In this document: positions 47,777 to 51,122 of the stretch, piece after piece | Numbering within the stretch: the first letter of the stretch is position 1 | Layout: every line of letters begins with the position of its first letter | Assembly (NCBI GenBank): GCA_040752415.1 | Contig: JBFMGU010000046.1 | Span: forward strand, 1-51,122 | Reading direction: 5' to 3' | DNA length: 51,122 bases | Source of the DNA: Myxococcota bacterium | GTDB lineage: Bacteria; Myxococcota; JACRCW01 | The notes under the pieces: generated by a model | What the model was told of the DNA's origin: nothing | The model's input: the letters and a program-made list of their open reading frames with translations, nothing else | Databases searched by the model: none | Made by a program: the position numbers and the translations under genes

Positions 47777-49713
47777 AGACAGGTGGCGGTGAACTGGCCG
47801 TTGGTGCGGTTGACGCGCGCCACCGGACGGGTCTGGCCCTTGTTGCCCAGGTGGGAAGCACACTGCACGCTGTTGCCGCTGCCGTTGATGAAGATGGTCA
47901 CCGTGACGTCGGAGCCGGCGTGGTCCCAGCAGTTCTCCGCGATCATGTCGGAGATGGCGCCGCTGTCCAGGTCAATGAGACCGCCGCTGATGTAGCCCAC
48001 CAGCGCGTCGGTGCCGATGCCAAGCAGACCCGCGAGCATGCCCGAGGGAATGGACGCGCAGTCCTCGATGTACGTGACGCTCACGGTGTAGTCGCCGGAG
48101 GCCTGGCCGGCGTTGTTGAGGATGATGCGCTCCGGCTCCCGCGCGGCGCCAATGGCCGTCCACTGCGGCGTGCCGTAGGTGGTCCACTGCGCGCAGTAGT
48201 CCTGGAAGATGCCGGTGATCTGGCCGTTGAGGTCGGTGATGTAGTCGGGCTCCTGGCACAGGTCGAAGCCGGGCGACTCCAGGATCAGGTTCACGTCGCG
48301 GAAGTCATTGCCGAAGAAGCCGCTGTCCCCGTTCTCGAAGGTCATCTCCACCTTCATGATGTCATTGAACACGTTGGGCGTGCCGTTGCCGCGCACCGTG
48401 ATGGTCTTGGTGCCGGTGCCGAAAGCCGCGTTGTAGGTCTGCGGGTCATTGGTGGCGATGCGGATCTCCCCCACCTGCTCGCCGAGGATGGTGGGGTCGT
48501 AGTGGACCTTGATGGTGGCGTAGTCGCCGGGGGCCACGGGCAAGAGCAGCGGGCTGGGCGCGTCGACGGAGAAGTCCGTGGAGGAGAGCGGGCTCATGGT
48601 GACCTGCACCTCCATGGGCGTCTGGCCGTTGTTGGTGATGGACACCACCCGGTAGTCCACCTGCGTGCCGAGCATCTGGTCGCCGAAGTCGATGAAGTCC
48701 TCGCTGAGCGTCAGCACCGGCGGCGTCGTCGAGAAACCCTTGAGCTGCACGGTGGCGTAGGGCAGGTCCGCCGCCGCGGGCTCATAGGTGACGAGGAGGT
48801 CATTGGTGTAGACCTGGAACGCGGGCGGGGTGAAGGTCACGGTGATGTCGATGCAGCCGCCGGTCTCGATGCAGTCGGTGGCGCCCTCGACGGTGGGCGT
48901 GAGCACCACGGTGTTGGCGGGGAAGTTGATGGCCGGCTCGAAGCTGAAGCCAGGGAGCGCGGCGGAGGCCAGGCGCACGTCGGTGAGGGTCAGCACCGCG
49001 TTGCCGCTCCCGACGTTGGACAGGCGCACCGTGCGCTGCACCGTGCTGGCCGCGGCCACGTAGCCAAAGTCCAGGATCTGCGGCTCGACGAGGAGGCGCG
49101 GCTGCCCCTCATACCGGCCGATGAGCGGGATGGAGAGGGTGGGGTACTCCTCGTCGTCGGAGCGGACCTGGAGCTGGCCGGTGCGCTCCCCCGGCGCGGT
49201 GGGCGAGAACTTCACCGTCACGTCCATGCTGCGGTTGGGCGGGATGCGGACCGGGAAGTCGTCGGGCTCACAGCCCTCACAGGTGAAGTCGCCGGGGGTG
49301 GTGGAGGAGAAGCCCACGGCCTGGATGGTGAGCAGGCAGCTGCCCAGGTTCTTCACCGTGACGATCTGCTCCGCCACGTCACCCACCAGGACCGCGCCGA
49401 AATCGATCTCCGCGGGGTTGACGTCGATGATGGGGTGGATGTCCGCGGTGCACTCGAAGTCCGTCTCCGGGGTGCACTCGCCGAACACGCAGGCCTCGTC
49501 CTCGCGGCAGTCGGCGTCGGTCTCGCAGTTGTCGGTGGTGCACACGCCGCCCACGCAGCGACCGGTCTGGCACTCACTGTCCAGGGTGCAGGCCGAGCCC
49601 ACCGGGGCCCCCTCCGCCTCCTTGGTGACCTCCTTCTCAACGACGTACCCCTCGGTGTCATTGCACGCGACGAGCGCGCCGACCGCGACCGCGATGAAGG
49701 AAAGCCTGCGCAT
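47773..49713 (-). CDS. Choice-of-anchor D / ASPM-SPD2-Hydin (Ig-like) repeat lipoprotein
   Basis: Lipobox LVAC, Cys-rich N-terminus and three IDFG/LDFG...N.G...F.P...G...G.L...SDD repeats. Confidence 0.85.
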   Translation of the reverse strand: MRRLSFIAVAVGALVACNDTEGYVVEKEVTKEAEGAPVGSACTLDSECQTGRCVGGVCTTDNCETDADCREDEACVFGECTPETDFECTADIHPIIDVNPAEIDFGAVLVGDVAEQIVTVKNLGSCLLTIQAVGFSSTTPGDFTCEGCEPDDFPVRIPPNRSMDVTVKFSPTAPGERTGQLQVRSDDEEYPTLSIPLIGRYEGQPRLLVEPQILDFGYVAAASTVQRTVRLSNVGSGNAVLTLTDVRLASAALPGFSFEPAINFPANTVVLTPTVEGATDCIETGGCIDITVTFTPPAFQVYTNDLLVTYEPAAADLPYATVQLKGFSTTPPVLTLSEDFIDFGDQMLGTQVDYRVVSITNNGQTPMEVQVTMSPLSSTDFSVDAPSPLLLPVAPGDYATIKVHYDPTILGEQVGEIRIATNDPQTYNAAFGTGTKTITVRGNGTPNVFNDIMKVEMTFENGDSGFFGNDFRDVNLILESPGFDLCQEPDYITDLNGQITGIFQDYCAQWTTYGTPQWTAIGAAREPERIILNNAGQASGDYTVSVTYIEDCASIPSGMLAGLLGIGTDALVGYISGGLIDLDSGAISDMIAENCWDHAGSDVTVTIFINGSGNSVQCASHLGNKGQTRPVARVNRTNGQFTATCL

Positions 49714-50177
49714 GGAACCGGTCCTCCTCATTCTGCCTGCTCTTCCGTCGCGGGCGGGGCCGCGGACGAAGCGTGATGGTGACCCAAAACCCGAGGCCAC
49801 GCAAAGCTGGGGATCGGATTGTCGGATGATGTCCTACGAAGGTTGCCCGATGGCCCGGCGGGCCGGAGAACAGGGCAGATGGCTCAACCGGCGCGCGCGG
49901 AGAAAGCGCCACAAAAACCGCAGCTTGGACAATGGTTTGCGCTGCAGACAAAACACTGGCTGACCGGTCTGGGATCCGGCAGAAACGTGTTGACTTTGGG
50001 CCTGGTGGGCTGGCAGGGTGCGCGGCCCTAAGCGCTTCCTCAACCTGGTCCTTGACCGCAGCTGGCGGTCTGAATGGACGTCAGGGCTTCGCGGGGGGTG
50101 CCAAGTGACCAGGTCAGGCGCCAGCCACCGGGTGGCTGGGCACCCCAAGCGGGAGCCCCACCTGAAAGGGTCACGTC

Positions 50178-50696
50178 ATGCACCTCTACCGGAAAGTGAT
50201 TCCCAAGATTGCCCGCGAGATCGTCCGCACGCTGAACAGCCGCGGCGACATCGTGGTGGATGACGGCAGCTTGGATGAGGCCGAGCTGGACCTGGCCGCG
50301 GTCATGGTGGAGTACTGCAACCAGGAGGACAAGATCGTCCAGGAGGCGAAGGACGCCATCAGCCGTCGGGGGCTGCCGCAGGAGCGTTTTGCGCAGGTGA
50401 AGAAGGGCCTGGCCGACGCGCGCGGCTTCAAGCTGGGCGACGAGGGCATCGAGTTCGTCATCAACCAGATGATCGAGAGCCTGTTCGCGTCCAAGAACAT
50501 TGCCGAGGTGTTTGCCGAGGACACCGCGCTGCGGAAGTTCTTCCACGAGATGCTGCAGAAGTACCTCACCGTGGACAGCGACCTGGACCGCGAGGCGCGC
50601 AACCGCCTCAAGAACCTGCGCGAGGGGACCCAGGAATGGGACATTGAGTACGAGCGCACCGTGACCCAGCTGAAGCGGCAGAAGGGATTGCTGTGA
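50178..50696 (+). CDS. DUF507 family protein
   Basis: MHLYRKVIP.I.RE...GDI, ARGFKLGDEGIEFVINQMIE and DREAR.RLKNL.EGT.EWDIEY match the myxobacterial DUF507 pattern. Confidence 0.85.
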   Translation: MHLYRKVIPKIAREIVRTLNSRGDIVVDDGSLDEAELDLAAVMVEYCNQEDKIVQEAKDAISRRGLPQERFAQVKKGLADARGFKLGDEGIEFVINQMIESLFASKNIAEVFAEDTALRKFFHEMLQKYLTVDSDLDREARNRLKNLREGTQEWDIEYERTVTQLKRQKGLL

Positions 50697-50814
50697 GTGG
50701 TTAGGGCGGATTAGCCCGAAACGCACGGCAAGACGCGCAGGCCCCGGTCGAGTGGATGCTCGGTCGGGGCTTGATGCTTTCTGGGGGGCGAGACTCGCGA
50801 CTTTGGAGCTCAAG

Positions 50815-51122
50815 GCGTCGGAACAAATCTGACCAGGTCGCGGCGAACACCCAACCCCCCACGTTCATGCCGTTGCGCTCGCTCGCTTTGGGGCCTGGGC
50901 GTTTTCTCGTCGGAAAGAGAACGGTTGTGCCCATCGATTGCCCCCCCCTTCCCCGGCTCAGTGACGACGGGAAACTGGTACTGGGGAAGGGGGCGAGTGG
51001 ACGCAGTGGCATGAACGTGGGGGGTTAGGGGCTGCGTCAGAACAAGTTGCCAGTTCGGTCCGATGCCCGCGAACACCTAACCCCCCACGTTCATGCCGTT
51101 CTGCGCGCTCGCCCCCCTTCCC
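50815..51122. repeat. REP/BIME-like cluster of alternating-orientation repeats (truncated by the window end)
   Basis: Core AACCCCCCACGTTCATGCC...CTCGC occurs at ~50843-50886 (+), 50983-51030 (-) and 51069-51122 (+). Confidence 0.8.

Noticed and set aside
49780..49855. ACGCAAAGC...GGTTGCCCGA resembling a c-di-GMP-I riboswitch
   Set aside because: There is no GNRA-capped P2 stem or convincing P1/P3 pairing by eye. An Infernal search would be needed.
50815..51122. Possible CRISPR array
   Set aside because: The repeats alternate in orientation, are degenerate, have irregular spacing and have no cas genes in view.

Overview
High-GC, gene-dense window that is almost certainly from a myxobacterium (Myxococcota). 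Supporting signs are a MYXO-CTERM-like protein, a CglB-like vWA lipoprotein, a PEGA protein, choice-of-anchor-D lipoproteins and DUF507. I saw no rRNA, tRNA, CRISPR array or transposase. Housekeeping-type genes include speA, a cold-shock protein, GST, an amidase, a methyltransferase, YheU, a TSUP transporter and two GT2s, mixed with very large surface lipoproteins. The most interesting part is a minus-strand cluster at about 37.9-43.8 kb with no injectisome genes. It encodes two SycD/LcrH-like type III secretion chaperones, a Gly-rich protein with a T3SS filament/translocator-like C-terminus, a small putative chaperone substrate, a CxxC..CC (YkgJ/FliB-like) protein and a divergent DMATS-type prenyltransferase. 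The two putative secreted genes share an identically spaced upstream motif, CTGGCAAC-N16-CGATA. Non-coding structure includes a 283-bp MITE with 59-bp TIRs and a 9-bp target duplication, two copies of a polypurine/polypyrimidine hairpin element, and a REP/BIME-like array at the right edge. A MazEF-type TA islet is bracketed by diverged duplications of neighbouring genes. All family calls come from motif recognition by eye, not from database searches.
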